Shown here piece by piece: positions 27,067-37,024 of a DNA stretch of 64,000 nt. Under the pieces are notes generated by a model. The model was not told the origin of the DNA. It made no database searches and saw nothing but the letters and a program-made list of their open reading frames with translations. Within the stretch, counting starts at the first letter, position 1, and each line of letters starts with the position of its first letter. This DNA comes from a virus. A program made the translations under genes and the position numbers. The DNA lies in IMG/VR virus record IMGVR_UViG_3300033145_003080, positions 32,001 through 96,000 of that record; one strand, 5' to 3'.

Positions 27067-27194
27067 ATAATTTTTGCTCCTTGCTAATAATATACGTTTT
27101 GGTGAATGAAATTATTTAATTTTTTATAATATTTTAAAAAAGGTAGATAGCTCTGCACGCTCAAGGGCAATTGGGTTCTGCCACTGCACACGAA

Positions 27195-27620
27195 TTAATG
27201 AGCTGTTTTTAAACATAGAGAATTTAACTCCTCTAAAATAACAGCTTCTTTTGCATTCAAATCTTGTATATTGGCATTCGGAAGAACTTTTCTTATTCTG
27301 ATTAATGTTACAAGAGCTTCGTATTCTTTAATTTTATCACCATTTTTTTCCGCCTTTGCCAACAATGCAATAACACTATCAATACTAACACTTCGGCTTT
27401 TATGATTATTCATCTCAGCCGTTAGGAAATCCCGCTTTTTATGATTATCTATCTCAGCCATTAGGGAATCCCGCTTTGTCCTTAACAAGTCGTTTCTGTC
27501 ACGAACTTTATAAAATGTATTGGTTAGTGTTAATTTTTTATTATAATGCTTTTTCTGTATTATAATAAAACCAAATGACAAAGCGATTACAATACACAAA
27601 GCTATAGATAATTTGTTCAT
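27195..27620 (-). CDS. membrane-anchored coiled-coil protein with internal 13-aa tandem duplication
   Basis: N-terminal TM; KRDSLMAEIDNHK / KRDFLTAEMNNHK. Confidence 0.65.
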   Translation of the reverse strand: MNKLSIALCIVIALSFGFIIIQKKHYNKKLTLTNTFYKVRDRNDLLRTKRDSLMAEIDNHKKRDFLTAEMNNHKSRSVSIDSVIALLAKAEKNGDKIKEYEALVTLIRIRKVLPNANIQDLNAKEAVILEELNSLCLKTAH

Positions 27621-27718
27621 ATTTTACCTTAAATTTTAAATTAATTGATTATCTTGATATCATTTTATCCTTTTACCAGACGAAAATGGATAAATTCTCA
27701 TACTCCGCACGTTAATAA

Positions 27719-28174
27719 TTATTTGGCTATATTAACCAATTTTTTTATAAAATTGATTTTTTTCTGAAGACCTTTAATTACTTCTTGATATTTTTCTATA
27801 GATATTTTAATGCCTTGTTCGTTAATAAATGTTTTGCAAATTTTTGAATTATTAAAGATCAAATCAATTTCTCCATCGTCGAATTTTAATATTATACCAG
27901 GTTGAATTTCTATAGACTCATGGCCCCAGCCTGGTCCCATAATCTCAATTATAGTTTTTTCAGCCGATCTGCCTTGGCAATGAATTCGAACCTCCAAATC
28001 ATTTGCATATCCAAACTTCCATTTTGTCATTCCAAGTATTTTGCTATCAAAAAGTTTTTTTATTTTTTTTTGCACTCCCTTTTTATACAATATGTTAATT
28101 TTTTTTTGAAGATTGTCTTCGCACCTGGTATGCCAATTTATTTTATTTTGTAATTTATCAATTTTTTCATCCAT
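27719..28174 (-). CDS. hypothetical protein
   Basis: AAGGAG before MDEKIDK. Confidence 0.65.
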   Translation of the reverse strand: MDEKIDKLQNKINWHTRCEDNLQKKINILYKKGVQKKIKKLFDSKILGMTKWKFGYANDLEVRIHCQGRSAEKTIIEIMGPGWGHESIEIQPGIILKFDDGEIDLIFNNSKICKTFINEQGIKISIEKYQEVIKGLQKKINFIKKLVNIAK

Positions 28175-28351
28175 TAAATTCTCCTTATAAAAAAAAAGCA
28201 TAGTAGTTCATGCCCAATTGTGATACTACTATACTTTTTAATGAATTATTAATTATCATGAATCTGTAACTTTACACTTTTTCACTTGACATCATAGATA
28301 TCAGCTTTTTGATTTCAATAGTTATTGTTGCGGTTATTTTTTTCATAATAA

Positions 28352-28954
28352 TTACCAATCGAATAAAGATAAATCCTCATACTCCGGACCATCCCTGTCT
28401 ATTTTGAGATACTGACACCCATTCTTCTTGGCAAGCTTAATAAGATGCTTAAATGCCTGGGAATATCCTTTATAATCGGGAAGGGCTAATTTCGGATCAA
28501 TCCAAACAACCCAGCCGTATTCAAATTTATACACTATCAATTTACGTATATGGTGTTCATCAATATTATCATTTGACCACTCCCAATCAACACCTTCTGA
28601 ATCCATTTTGCTGATATGGGATGTTGATACAATAAGGTATTTCTGTATCTCATATTGCGGGCCAGGATCTTTTTTGGGTTCTTTTGTGATAAGATCCTTT
28701 GCTTCTTTAACACGTTTTGTAACTTTACCAGTTCCTGCACACCAACCACACTTGTCTTTAAACCCATCCCGACAACCGCAAGGCACAAGAGAGGCGATAC
28801 ATGGACCAACTGAATAGGCGCCACCACTGCTATGTTCAAGTTTCCCTTGCCACAAAATGGAGGTCATAGCCATCACATTACCATAACCATACTCGTCGCA
28901 AATAGCTTTTATTTTTTGAGTTCCTTGTTTAGTATATTGTGGCATGGGACCCAT
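28352..28954 (-). CDS. hypothetical protein with C-terminal DUF5983-like domain
   Basis: STSHIS..YGW..LIKLAKKNGCQYLKIDRDG. Confidence 0.65.
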   Translation of the reverse strand: MGPMPQYTKQGTQKIKAICDEYGYGNVMAMTSILWQGKLEHSSGGAYSVGPCIASLVPCGCRDGFKDKCGWCAGTGKVTKRVKEAKDLITKEPKKDPGPQYEIQKYLIVSTSHISKMDSEGVDWEWSNDNIDEHHIRKLIVYKFEYGWVVWIDPKLALPDYKGYSQAFKHLIKLAKKNGCQYLKIDRDGPEYEDLSLFDW

Positions 28955-28969
28955 GCTACCTCCTTTTTT

Positions 28970-29803
28970 TTAAATATCATATTCCTTAGCAAAATTCAAA
29001 GCTTTTTTAAACGGACTATCAACAGCACCAAAATCAGCGGATAGTTGTATTACATTTGTAAATCGATATTTCAACAATCCGGCAAATTGACCAATCAACT
29101 CGAGATATTCATCTTGCTCATCAGGGGAAAATCCGTCATATTTTCCATTTTCGAATATAAATGATGAGCCAAAATGCTTACCGAGCTGATACCCTTCATA
29201 ACACACGCCGAATGTACCGGGTTTATTACCAAGCATCCCGGTTTTTAGTCTAACTATACTGCCTGGGAGCATTATTTGGTGCGGTACCTTTGAAATATTA
29301 TGCAAGCATTCTTTATGAATGATATGGCAATTTAAATTGCCAAGCTTTCCACATATCGGGCAAAGAATTGATGTGGCATCCTTCCGTTCAATGTTCCATC
29401 TTGCAACAAGTACATTAATATAATTAATTAAATCGTCTTGGGTTCCAGCTATAGCAGCCATTGCGAGATTATCCATTGAAGCAATGCTGTGGAGAGTATC
29501 ATGAATTTTACCATTCGTATACATCTTTTCTTTGATATATTCGATGGCCTCGCGGCTACCATCACAGTGAATCTCACCAGATTTAGGATTGATGTGGACA
29601 GTTACACTCATCCACGGTTTTGGATAAGATTCGGGATGTTCATTCAATATCTTTTTGGCATGCTCTACAATTGCTTTTTTAATATCAGCATAGTAAGGAT
29701 CGTGGCCGAAGAAACCTTGATCGATTTCTTCAAGTATTTTGGCGAGCATTTGATACGGGGATTGTATTTGTTGAATTTCTTCAATGTATTCCTTGTCAGA
29801 CAA
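28970..29803 (-). CDS. hypothetical multidomain phage protein
   Basis: ORF; C-terminal GVCYE..FIFENGKYDGFS module. Confidence 0.7.
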   Translation of the reverse strand: MSDKEYIEEIQQIQSPYQMLAKILEEIDQGFFGHDPYYADIKKAIVEHAKKILNEHPESYPKPWMSVTVHINPKSGEIHCDGSREAIEYIKEKMYTNGKIHDTLHSIASMDNLAMAAIAGTQDDLINYINVLVARWNIERKDATSILCPICGKLGNLNCHIIHKECLHNISKVPHQIMLPGSIVRLKTGMLGNKPGTFGVCYEGYQLGKHFGSSFIFENGKYDGFSPDEQDEYLELIGQFAGLLKYRFTNVIQLSADFGAVDSPFKKALNFAKEYDI

Positions 29804-29999
29804 GGGGCTCCTCCTTTAAAAAGTTAGGACCATATTCATAAAACTCAGCATGCATCTTCTGCCACCTGTGGTACCTGACCATATCATTGCGAACGAGACA
29901 CCTTGTCAGGCCTATGCACAATCTTCGGGCACGTGATAGTGTTCTACACACGTTGTCTCGTTCTGGCTTTGGTAGATATTCGGTCCAGGTTTTTAACAC
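29796..29999 (-). CDS. small hypothetical protein
   Basis: GGAGG RBS, coupled to the next gene. Confidence 0.55.
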   Translation of the reverse strand: MLKTWTEYLPKPERDNVCRTLSRARRLCIGLTRCLVRNDMVRYHRWQKMHAEFYEYGPNFLKEEPLV

Positions 30000-30020
30000 A
30001 CAACCTCCATTTAATATAGG

Positions 30021-30626
30021 TCATTTTAAATTAAGTTTTTTTATAACTTCTCTGCTAAATAGATTTAGATAAAAGTAGAACTCCCACTCTTCTTCGTAAT
30101 GGAAAACAAAATTCACATCACATCTTTCACAAATAGTAATACCATTTGTAGGTTCTAACCTTAGATCTGGATACAATGAGAATTTTTTAATATGGTGAGC
30201 TCTTAATCTTCCACCTTTATCTCCACAAATTTGACAAACAAAATCATCTCTTATAAAAATGTCTTTTCTCCAATTAAAATAATCAGAACTTTTCCTAATC
30301 CTCTCGTTTATTGTAGTTATTCCTCTAAAATTCCAAGGAATAGTACCTTTCCGCGACGGTGGAACTATTCCAAGCCTTTTATTTCTTTCTGATATTTCCT
30401 TACGATGTTTATCGGTAATTTTATATTCTTTTTTAGCTTTCATAAAAGTTTCAAAATTTTTTGGCATCTTGCCTTTTTTAGCTTCACTTTTACTCCTAAG
30501 AATATCTCTACAGTATTTAATCATAGTTCTTTGGCACACATTCTCTATAAAGCAAGTTTCTCTAACTGTTAAGCCACTTAAATATGTATTTCTCATTGAT
30601 TTAATTTTATCTTTTTTCAACATCAT
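30021..30626 (-). CDS. HNH endonuclease (NUMOD3-like DNA-binding motif plus HNH)
   Basis: TDKHRKEISE..PWN..WRKDIFIRDDFVCQICG..AHHIK..NGITICERC. Confidence 0.85.
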   Translation of the reverse strand: MMLKKDKIKSMRNTYLSGLTVRETCFIENVCQRTMIKYCRDILRSKSEAKKGKMPKNFETFMKAKKEYKITDKHRKEISERNKRLGIVPPSRKGTIPWNFRGITTINERIRKSSDYFNWRKDIFIRDDFVCQICGDKGGRLRAHHIKKFSLYPDLRLEPTNGITICERCDVNFVFHYEEEWEFYFYLNLFSREVIKKLNLK

Positions 30627-30658
30627 AATAAAAGCCTTATTTTGCTTAAAAGATTAAA

Positions 30659-31522
30659 TTATAATTCCGGTAAGTAAATCATATCCCGATCCCAAGCGCC
30701 TAAAATGTGATAATAGAAACCAAATGGGGATTGGACAAGAAGAATTGGATCACGACTTTCATATTTCTTACTGAAATCTTTTGCATTAGCTATAACGTAG
30801 AATCGGGGCTTCTTATCACACAAAGCGACGACAGCATCGCTATAGCCAATCATAATCCTTGCAGCATCATCAGGCAGTTCAGGAACGAAGATGTCTGCTG
30901 GATGAAACTCAAGATGGATATATTTTTCAGTAAGTGTGTGAATATTTGCTTCATTCGTAGTATCCCGCTGTTCGAAGAACGTTTTGAATGTCATCTTTTT
31001 ATCTGGCTCATACTCATACTCGTCAAAACACTTCTTACGATTTTTGAGACAGAGAAGTAAGCCTTTAATATCACGTTCGGCACCACTATTTTGTATAAAA
31101 TCTTTCTTCGCTTCCAGAATGTGAATTTTATCATCAATCTCGTTAAGCGACCAGTTTGTTGGTGAGCGTTGCAGCTCTCCGATGACATCGATCGGCTTTA
31201 CTGATATGGCCCGTTTTGGGGTTTCTGCTGCAGGTGGCATACCACTTGAATCACCATTAACCCAGGCAGTAGATTCACGAGGAGTACCGACGAGAACATT
31301 GCCACCAAACTGATCCCCATTAAAACTGATCATATAATTATCATACATTTGACCCTCTGAACTCATTGGAACACCAGCCATCGCAACGGCGCCCCTCTTA
31401 TCAAGCTCAACGATTTTATCTGATGTTTTATTAAGGATCTTTTGGAAATGTAGAAATACAAAAAGTATAAAAACCAATAAAATTACAAGTGCAAATGCAA
31501 TACTGCCGATAACAACATCCAC
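30659..31522 (-). CDS. membrane-anchored conserved phage protein
   Basis: N-terminal TM; C-terminal DPILLVQSPFGFYYHILGAWD. Confidence 0.7.
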   Translation of the reverse strand: MDVVIGSIAFALVILLVFILFVFLHFQKILNKTSDKIVELDKRGAVAMAGVPMSSEGQMYDNYMISFNGDQFGGNVLVGTPRESTAWVNGDSSGMPPAAETPKRAISVKPIDVIGELQRSPTNWSLNEIDDKIHILEAKKDFIQNSGAERDIKGLLLCLKNRKKCFDEYEYEPDKKMTFKTFFEQRDTTNEANIHTLTEKYIHLEFHPADIFVPELPDDAARIMIGYSDAVVALCDKKPRFYVIANAKDFSKKYESRDPILLVQSPFGFYYHILGAWDRDMIYLPEL

Positions 31523-31579
31523 AATTACCTCCTTTTAGTTAATAAAAATCCACAGATTAGAATGGCGTCTCATCCGGTT

Positions 31580-32068
31580 CTATTCTTCTTCTGTAGACTG
31601 TGAAAATATTGTTTTAAAATTATGCTTTACATACTCCCTGATTTCAGCTGATATCTTTTTCGTGGGAACCTGACTTCCTTTACATGGAAAAAAGGGCAAT
31701 CGTTTTATATCTGTAAAACAGATTGATTGAGGTTTAGCACAGCTTGTACTCATTTCGGGGCCATGGCCATATTGAAAGTATTTCTTATCTTCTTCAGGCA
31801 TTATTTGATTAGTAGGACCGACAATCTCAGTTTTGGCAATACCAACAATACCACCTTTTGGAAGTTTAGTGATATCTATATTCAGTTTTTTATCAATCAT
31901 CCATGGAAGCATGAACCAATCTGGCCATGCTTTTTTGGGAGAATGTAATAAAACCCAATCACCGGGTTTCGGCAAGTGAACGTGCCAGCTCCTTGTTTTC
32001 GTCCTGATATAACCTCTCAGGAGCGCTTCTGACCATGGTTGGCTATTTGACATTAACCATAGATACAT
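31580..32068 (-). CDS. ASCH-domain protein
   Basis: SNSQPWSEALLRG..KTRSW..GDWVLLH..PKGGIVGIA. Confidence 0.75.
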   Translation of the reverse strand: MYLWLMSNSQPWSEALLRGYIRTKTRSWHVHLPKPGDWVLLHSPKKAWPDWFMLPWMIDKKLNIDITKLPKGGIVGIAKTEIVGPTNQIMPEEDKKYFQYGHGPEMSTSCAKPQSICFTDIKRLPFFPCKGSQVPTKKISAEIREYVKHNFKTIFSQSTEEE

Positions 32069-32418
32069 TATTTACCTTGTTCTTTCTCTGGGGTTTCTTG
32101 ACATTTTTCAGACGCCTCATTTTTTCTATTATCATACTCCCAGTCTTTACGAAACACTTCCCATTCACCTTGTTCATTTTTTATAATCAAATCGCAGGGG
32201 CAAGCCACTTGGCCACCATGCGACTTATCAATCCATCCATGAAGATACATTGTGTGACCACACCTGGTACACAGTGTGTCAACAGGAATTCCAGGATGGC
32301 GAAAATATCTGACAACCTTTCCTTCTCCAGTTTTTTCCTGAAGGCCGTCACCACCCTGCATTACTGTACAACCATCTTCAGGATGGTCGCCATTTTTAAA
32401 CCATTTATGAGCTTCCAT
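32068..32418 (-). CDS. conserved phage hypothetical protein
   Basis: WFKNGDHP..EGKVVRYFRHP..CTRCG..HGWID. Confidence 0.7.
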   Translation of the reverse strand: MEAHKWFKNGDHPEDGCTVMQGGDGLQEKTGEGKVVRYFRHPGIPVDTLCTRCGHTMYLHGWIDKSHGGQVACPCDLIIKNEQGEWEVFRKDWEYDNRKNEASEKCQETPEKEQGK

Positions 32419-32687
32419 TACGCATTTTCTCCGATCATTTCTTTTGCATGATTTAACATTTCATCTTTTTCTGCTACAATCCAATCTGGCTCGTCATCGA
32501 GGATCGCCCAACCAAATTCTTCATCAATACACGTCATTACGTGAGCTTTTAATTGATTAGATCCATCTGTCTCCCTATCAATATCAATAATTATTACCGG
32601 GTATAAATCTTTATTTTCTGATTGTGTGTAGCAATGGGATATTATAGAGTCTAAATGCCTTTCAGGATCATTAGTCTCAATCCACAT
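32418..32687 (-). CDS. hypothetical protein
   Basis: GGAGG RBS, coupled. Confidence 0.6.
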   Translation of the reverse strand: MWIETNDPERHLDSIISHCYTQSENKDLYPVIIIDIDRETDGSNQLKAHVMTCIDEEFGWAILDDEPDWIVAEKDEMLNHAKEMIGENA

Positions 32688-33041
32688 TTATGCCTCCTTT
32701 GTTATCACCATATTCCTTGGTACCGATCCAGTATCATTACACAGACCACACGGGCCAGGTTGACCATGTTTCCATTTCTCTTTTGTCCCATTACATTCGA
32801 AACATCTTTTGCGTAAGCGTAATAAAAGCCATAAATCCCAAAAGCGCCATTCATATTGACGCTTAGATGGACGTCTATTTATAACCCAAAAGAATGTAAT
32901 GCATAAATCTATAGCAAGAAACGCGGTCGTAAAACAAATGGTTCAGTAAGAATCAAGAAAATTTGAAAGTGGAGAAATTAGAAAGCCAACCTGCAAAGCG
33001 AGAACTGCGAGTAATAAGTTAAAAAAGAACATAACTTTTCC

Positions 33042-33761
33042 CTAACCGCGATTAAATGTAGCAACCGCCTTTTGCGTTAAATGTGATTTGATTGTTATCC
33101 CATACCACACATGGCTTCTAATAGGAAGCATTACCCATGGCCAGGGTTGTTTAATTTCGAGAACAGGGAATTCTTTTTTGTATCCCCATTGTTCGAAAGG
33201 AACTTTTGGTACGGGATCGAATTTATTTTCAACACGTAGAAAATTTATACCTTCTGTACGAACCTTCCACCTTTCATCACCATAGCAAGGTGCACCGTAA
33301 GTGATACCCATGACATTGCTGCCCCATGGATAATCTTTTGACATATCAGAAGCAAATTCTGATAAACCTATTACTATTGCCCCTCCTCTTGAATGACCGC
33401 GAAAGTCAATAGCCTTTACATTTCTCCATGCACTGACATGCGGAACAATAATATCATTCCAAATAACCTCAGCAGGCTCATAAAAACCTTGATGCCGGCC
33501 CATTCCATCCAACTCACAATCACAATTTTCTATCCAGTCTTTGATGTCGTCTGTGCCGGCAATTGAGACAAGAACTTTAATCCCACCGCTTGCATGGTCA
33601 TAGAAAGCGATATATCCACGATCGTTGCCATAGGAAAAGAAATAGCAAGCATGGGGTTTTATACCCAAAGCCTTTCTGATCAACTTTGGTTTGTCATTGG
33701 CTTTCGTAAGAAGCCAACCGTTTTGAAGCGTTTTTTTACTTACGATAAATTTTAGCATCAT
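33042..33761 (-). CDS. class 3 lipase (alpha/beta hydrolase)
   Basis: AGTD..DW, HQGF, GHSRGG nucleophile elbow, TYGAP, DPVPKVP, late His. Confidence 0.88.
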   Translation of the reverse strand: MMLKFIVSKKTLQNGWLLTKANDKPKLIRKALGIKPHACYFFSYGNDRGYIAFYDHASGGIKVLVSIAGTDDIKDWIENCDCELDGMGRHQGFYEPAEVIWNDIIVPHVSAWRNVKAIDFRGHSRGGAIVIGLSEFASDMSKDYPWGSNVMGITYGAPCYGDERWKVRTEGINFLRVENKFDPVPKVPFEQWGYKKEFPVLEIKQPWPWVMLPIRSHVWYGITIKSHLTQKAVATFNRG

Positions 33762-34060
33762 TCCTCCTCAACAGATTCAGGATGAGAACATTTATCAGGA
33801 TGGTCTTGGCAAAATTCACAACCAATTTTGTGTTTTGCCGCCATATTTCTTATAAATTTTTCTAACTCTTCGGCAGTTTGAAATTTATTGCATACTATAA
33901 AAATCTGATTTGCAAGTTCAACTGCAAAATCGACATAGCGTTCATCAGTTGTTTTAACCAGGTGATGGTTCTTGGGACAGTAGGTGAGAGCCCCACATTC
34001 GAGAAGGAGCTGTTTGGCAAACCTCTCCTGATTCATAAATTTAGTAAAACATTCTAACAT
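33758..34060 (-). CDS. hypothetical Cys-rich protein
   Basis: GGAGG before MLECFTK; follows promoter copy 7. Confidence 0.6.
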   Translation of the reverse strand: MLECFTKFMNQERFAKQLLLECGALTYCPKNHHLVKTTDERYVDFAVELANQIFIVCNKFQTAEELEKFIRNMAAKHKIGCEFCQDHPDKCSHPESVEEE

Positions 34061-34100
34061 GCAATCCCTCCTAATAAAAATAATTACCATCATCAAAATA

Positions 34101-34129
34101 GTTATACCACATATTTGATGAGAATCACA
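34101..34129 (-). promoter_or_regulatory. conserved phage promoter, copy 7 (TGTGAT-N17-TATAAC), at the strand switch
   Basis: Motif match with exact spacing. Confidence 0.75.
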
Positions 34130-34211
34130 ATTTATTTTTTTTATTTGCATTAAATTTAGACATTGACTATCTTTCTATAAGATTTCTCATAGTTAAAAAA
34201 AAGGAGGACGG

Positions 34212-35015
34212 ATGAACGATAAAGGTGAAGGGCCGGCACGCCAGTCTCGTCAAGGAATATTTGATGATAAAAAAGATGAACAGGCGCCGGGAAAAAAAAG
34301 CATTCAAGAAGGTGGGGCAACAGAGCCTAAAAAGGATATGAAAGATGTGTTTGCTCAGCAGACTGATGAAATTAAAAATAGAACCAGTAAAGCAAAAGGT
34401 GCTGATGCAGACAATTATACCGAACATGCCGTCAATCAGGTTAACAAGGCGCTAAGTGATGCTGATCAGAACCTCGAGGATATTGTAATCGATGAGAATG
34501 ATATAAAACTCGCCGAGAGAATGATATTCGATGGGTATGCTGAAACTGAAGTGTCAATGGATAACTTCCCAGATACTAAGTTTACCATTTGTTCAACAAA
34601 TGCTGAAGAACTTGGTGTGCTTGATGAGATTATATTTGATCTCATGAAAGAAAAAGAAACTGAGGATGGAATGGTTGACATTCCTCAGAATAAAGTACAA
34701 ACCTTCCGCAATGCGATGTTCATTGCTCTTGGGTATAGAGGCCGTGATGAAGAAGATCTTTGTGGTCCTGACCGGTCACGCCATCTTATACTAATCAAAA
34801 AGGCAATCAAGAGACAGGGTGACCTTACGATGGCCGGGAATGTAGAGAAGGCCGAAGCTTTGAACAAAAGCATTAAAGAAGCGGTCACAGTCAGGGCAAG
34901 GCGTATAATGCAACTTCCGACACCGTTGATTGATTTTCTTTCAGCAGAGAAGTATAAGTTTGACAAGAAAATGTTTAAAATTATGACCACAAAGGGGGTA
35001 GTCCCAAAATCCTAG
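34212..35015 (+). CDS. hypothetical protein, possible tail-assembly chaperone, with slippery site at its 3' end
   Basis: AGGAGG RBS; ends A-AAG-GGG..C-CCA-AAA-TCC-TAG. Confidence 0.7.
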   Translation: MNDKGEGPARQSRQGIFDDKKDEQAPGKKSIQEGGATEPKKDMKDVFAQQTDEIKNRTSKAKGADADNYTEHAVNQVNKALSDADQNLEDIVIDENDIKLAERMIFDGYAETEVSMDNFPDTKFTICSTNAEELGVLDEIIFDLMKEKETEDGMVDIPQNKVQTFRNAMFIALGYRGRDEEDLCGPDRSRHLILIKKAIKRQGDLTMAGNVEKAEALNKSIKEAVTVRARRIMQLPTPLIDFLSAEKYKFDKKMFKIMTTKGVVPKS

Positions 35016-35338
35016 GGACCGCTACAGGTGCTGCCAGGGCTTACTTTCTTTTTGTCGGTCGAGAGTTTAGATATGACTCCCTAGAAGAATCGATAGCGAT
35101 TTCTGTATTCGAGCGTGAAAGGGTGAGAAAATTCGTATCGCCACTTATATCTGCAGCCGGTCCCGATGATTTAAACAGGTTACAAATGAGGTTGCGGAGT
35201 GTATTGTTTCCGGAAGACAAATACGATGAACTTGCTCATGTCCGTAAAGCTAAAAAGCTATTTGAGAAGCTTAAGGGTGTTAAGCTCAGTATCAAACCTT
35301 TTCGTGATAATCAGGCCGGATGGAGGAGGGTTCAGTAA
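35003..35338 (+). CDS. -1 frameshift extension of 34212..35015
   Basis: The -1 frame is open from 34958 to 35338 and has no ATG before 35186. Confidence 0.6.
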   Translation, partial: PKILGTATGAARAYFLFVGREFRYDSLEESIAISVFERERVRKFVSPLISAAGPDDLNRLQMRLRSVLFPEDKYDELAHVRKAKKLFEKLKGVKLSIKPFRDNQAGWRRVQ

Positions 35339-35526
35339 TGCATATCAAGATAACATATGTTGATTGTGACCAATTAAAAAGCGGTATTATTTATGTGTAT
35401 GGTGACTGGAATTCAATACAAAATTGTCTTTACACTTTGCCAGGATGTACTTCGGATAATATTATCAAAATGGAAAAACAGGCAATGTGTGTAGGAAGTA
35501 ATCAAACTTATTAAAAGGGTGGCTCA

Positions 35527-35997
35527 ATGCCTAATTTAAAGAATTATACTTCATCAGTATCAGCAAGGAGCTCGATATCCCATATCGAAAATAAACTTTC
35601 TGTATACGGCGCGTCGAGCATATCAAAATGGTTCGACAGCGAACATAGGACTGCAGGTTTGTGTTTTGTTTTGGTAACCAATGGTATCGCCATGACTTAT
35701 AAAGTTCCTGCCAATGTCCTTAAAGTTGAGAAACGTTTTTTAGCTAACAGGTCACGGCCGCCAAAGACCAAAGTAGACAAAGACCGAGTGCGTGATCAGG
35801 CCGAACGGACCGCATGGAAGATTATGTCAGATTGGGTTGATATCCAACTTTCATTAATCGACGTTGACCAAGTTGAGGCATCAGAGGTTTTTCTTCCATA
35901 CATTTTCGACGGTGAATCGACTTATTATGAATATCTTAAAAAGAATAAGTTTAAAGGGATTCCGCAACTTACCCACAATCCTGTAAATAAAGCTTAA
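35527..35997 (+). CDS. conserved phage hypothetical protein
   Basis: NYTS.V....S...IE..QAERTAWKI..DW...QL..EVFLPY pattern. Confidence 0.75.
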   Translation: MPNLKNYTSSVSARSSISHIENKLSVYGASSISKWFDSEHRTAGLCFVLVTNGIAMTYKVPANVLKVEKRFLANRSRPPKTKVDKDRVRDQAERTAWKIMSDWVDIQLSLIDVDQVEASEVFLPYIFDGESTYYEYLKKNKFKGIPQLTHNPVNKA

Positions 35998-36235
35998 TTG
36001 ATGTTATAGGATCGGGTAATCGGGAATAACAATATTGAGGAGATTTGTTATGTGGTATGTAATTTTAAGACATCCAAAGGATAATTCCGTTATCGGTTTT
36101 ACTGAAGACGCTGACGGAAAGCCTGTGGCTCACAAGACAGACGAGTCTGCCAACGAGTCAATGGAAGACCACATGTTCGAAAAACATTATGAGCTTATAG
36201 AATTGCAGGAATAATTCAAATGATTAGGAGGTGAT

Positions 36236-37024
36236 ATGAATCCATATACTGTAATTACAGTCATGCTTGGTATGAACCGGTTTCATCAGAAGGATGCTGA
36301 CCATCCTTTCGACATGACGGCTCTTGATGGTTATAATACTATTTGGATGCCGGAGATAACCAAGGAGGAAAAATATAATTCTACTCTTTTTTATGAAGCG
36401 CTCCAGGCTACTGAGATGGTCAGACGGAAGCATGGAGAAAAAGACGATTATGTTTTTATCTTCGGAAGGGGAACAATCGGCCGAACTCAGGAAGAAAGAT
36501 TGTTCGAAGCATGGCGTAGCTGTATGCAGTATTATGGTAATGATGTACGGCATATTATTGTAGCAAAAAGTTTCGGGGTTGGCGATACGCTTACTGCTCT
36601 CAAGAAATTTAAATTTTATCACAGAAAGCCCAATATTGAAGGGCTCTTTTTAATTGACGGCTTCTTACCACCATCACGAAGGAGAAAAATTGCAAAAAAG
36701 GTTGAAGGTAATTGGAAAATTAAAATTCCTAATTATGTCAACCATTATTATAATGTTATACAGCGCACGAAAGGGACTCGCGGTGCTCGGGTTATTAATC
36801 CTAATTATAATCTTGTTGTTAGGCAAAGTTATATAGATAAAACGGGTAAATATTATTCTGAGTACAAAGGGGATTATAGAAGGCTGCTTACCGCATGCCA
36901 TTTCAATATGGAAGAGATAGTCAGTGCAATTCCATGTATACGAATACAAAATGATTTTTTAACATTAAGATTCGCTATACAAAGATTAATCGAGTGCTGT
37001 TATAAAGATAGAATTAAAAAATAA
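36236..37024 (+). CDS. alpha/beta-hydrolase-like protein
   Basis: IIVAKSFG elbow, LFLIDG, late His (CHF). Confidence 0.55.
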   Translation: MNPYTVITVMLGMNRFHQKDADHPFDMTALDGYNTIWMPEITKEEKYNSTLFYEALQATEMVRRKHGEKDDYVFIFGRGTIGRTQEERLFEAWRSCMQYYGNDVRHIIVAKSFGVGDTLTALKKFKFYHRKPNIEGLFLIDGFLPPSRRRKIAKKVEGNWKIKIPNYVNHYYNVIQRTKGTRGARVINPNYNLVVRQSYIDKTGKYYSEYKGDYRRLLTACHFNMEEIVSAIPCIRIQNDFLTLRFAIQRLIECCYKDRIKK

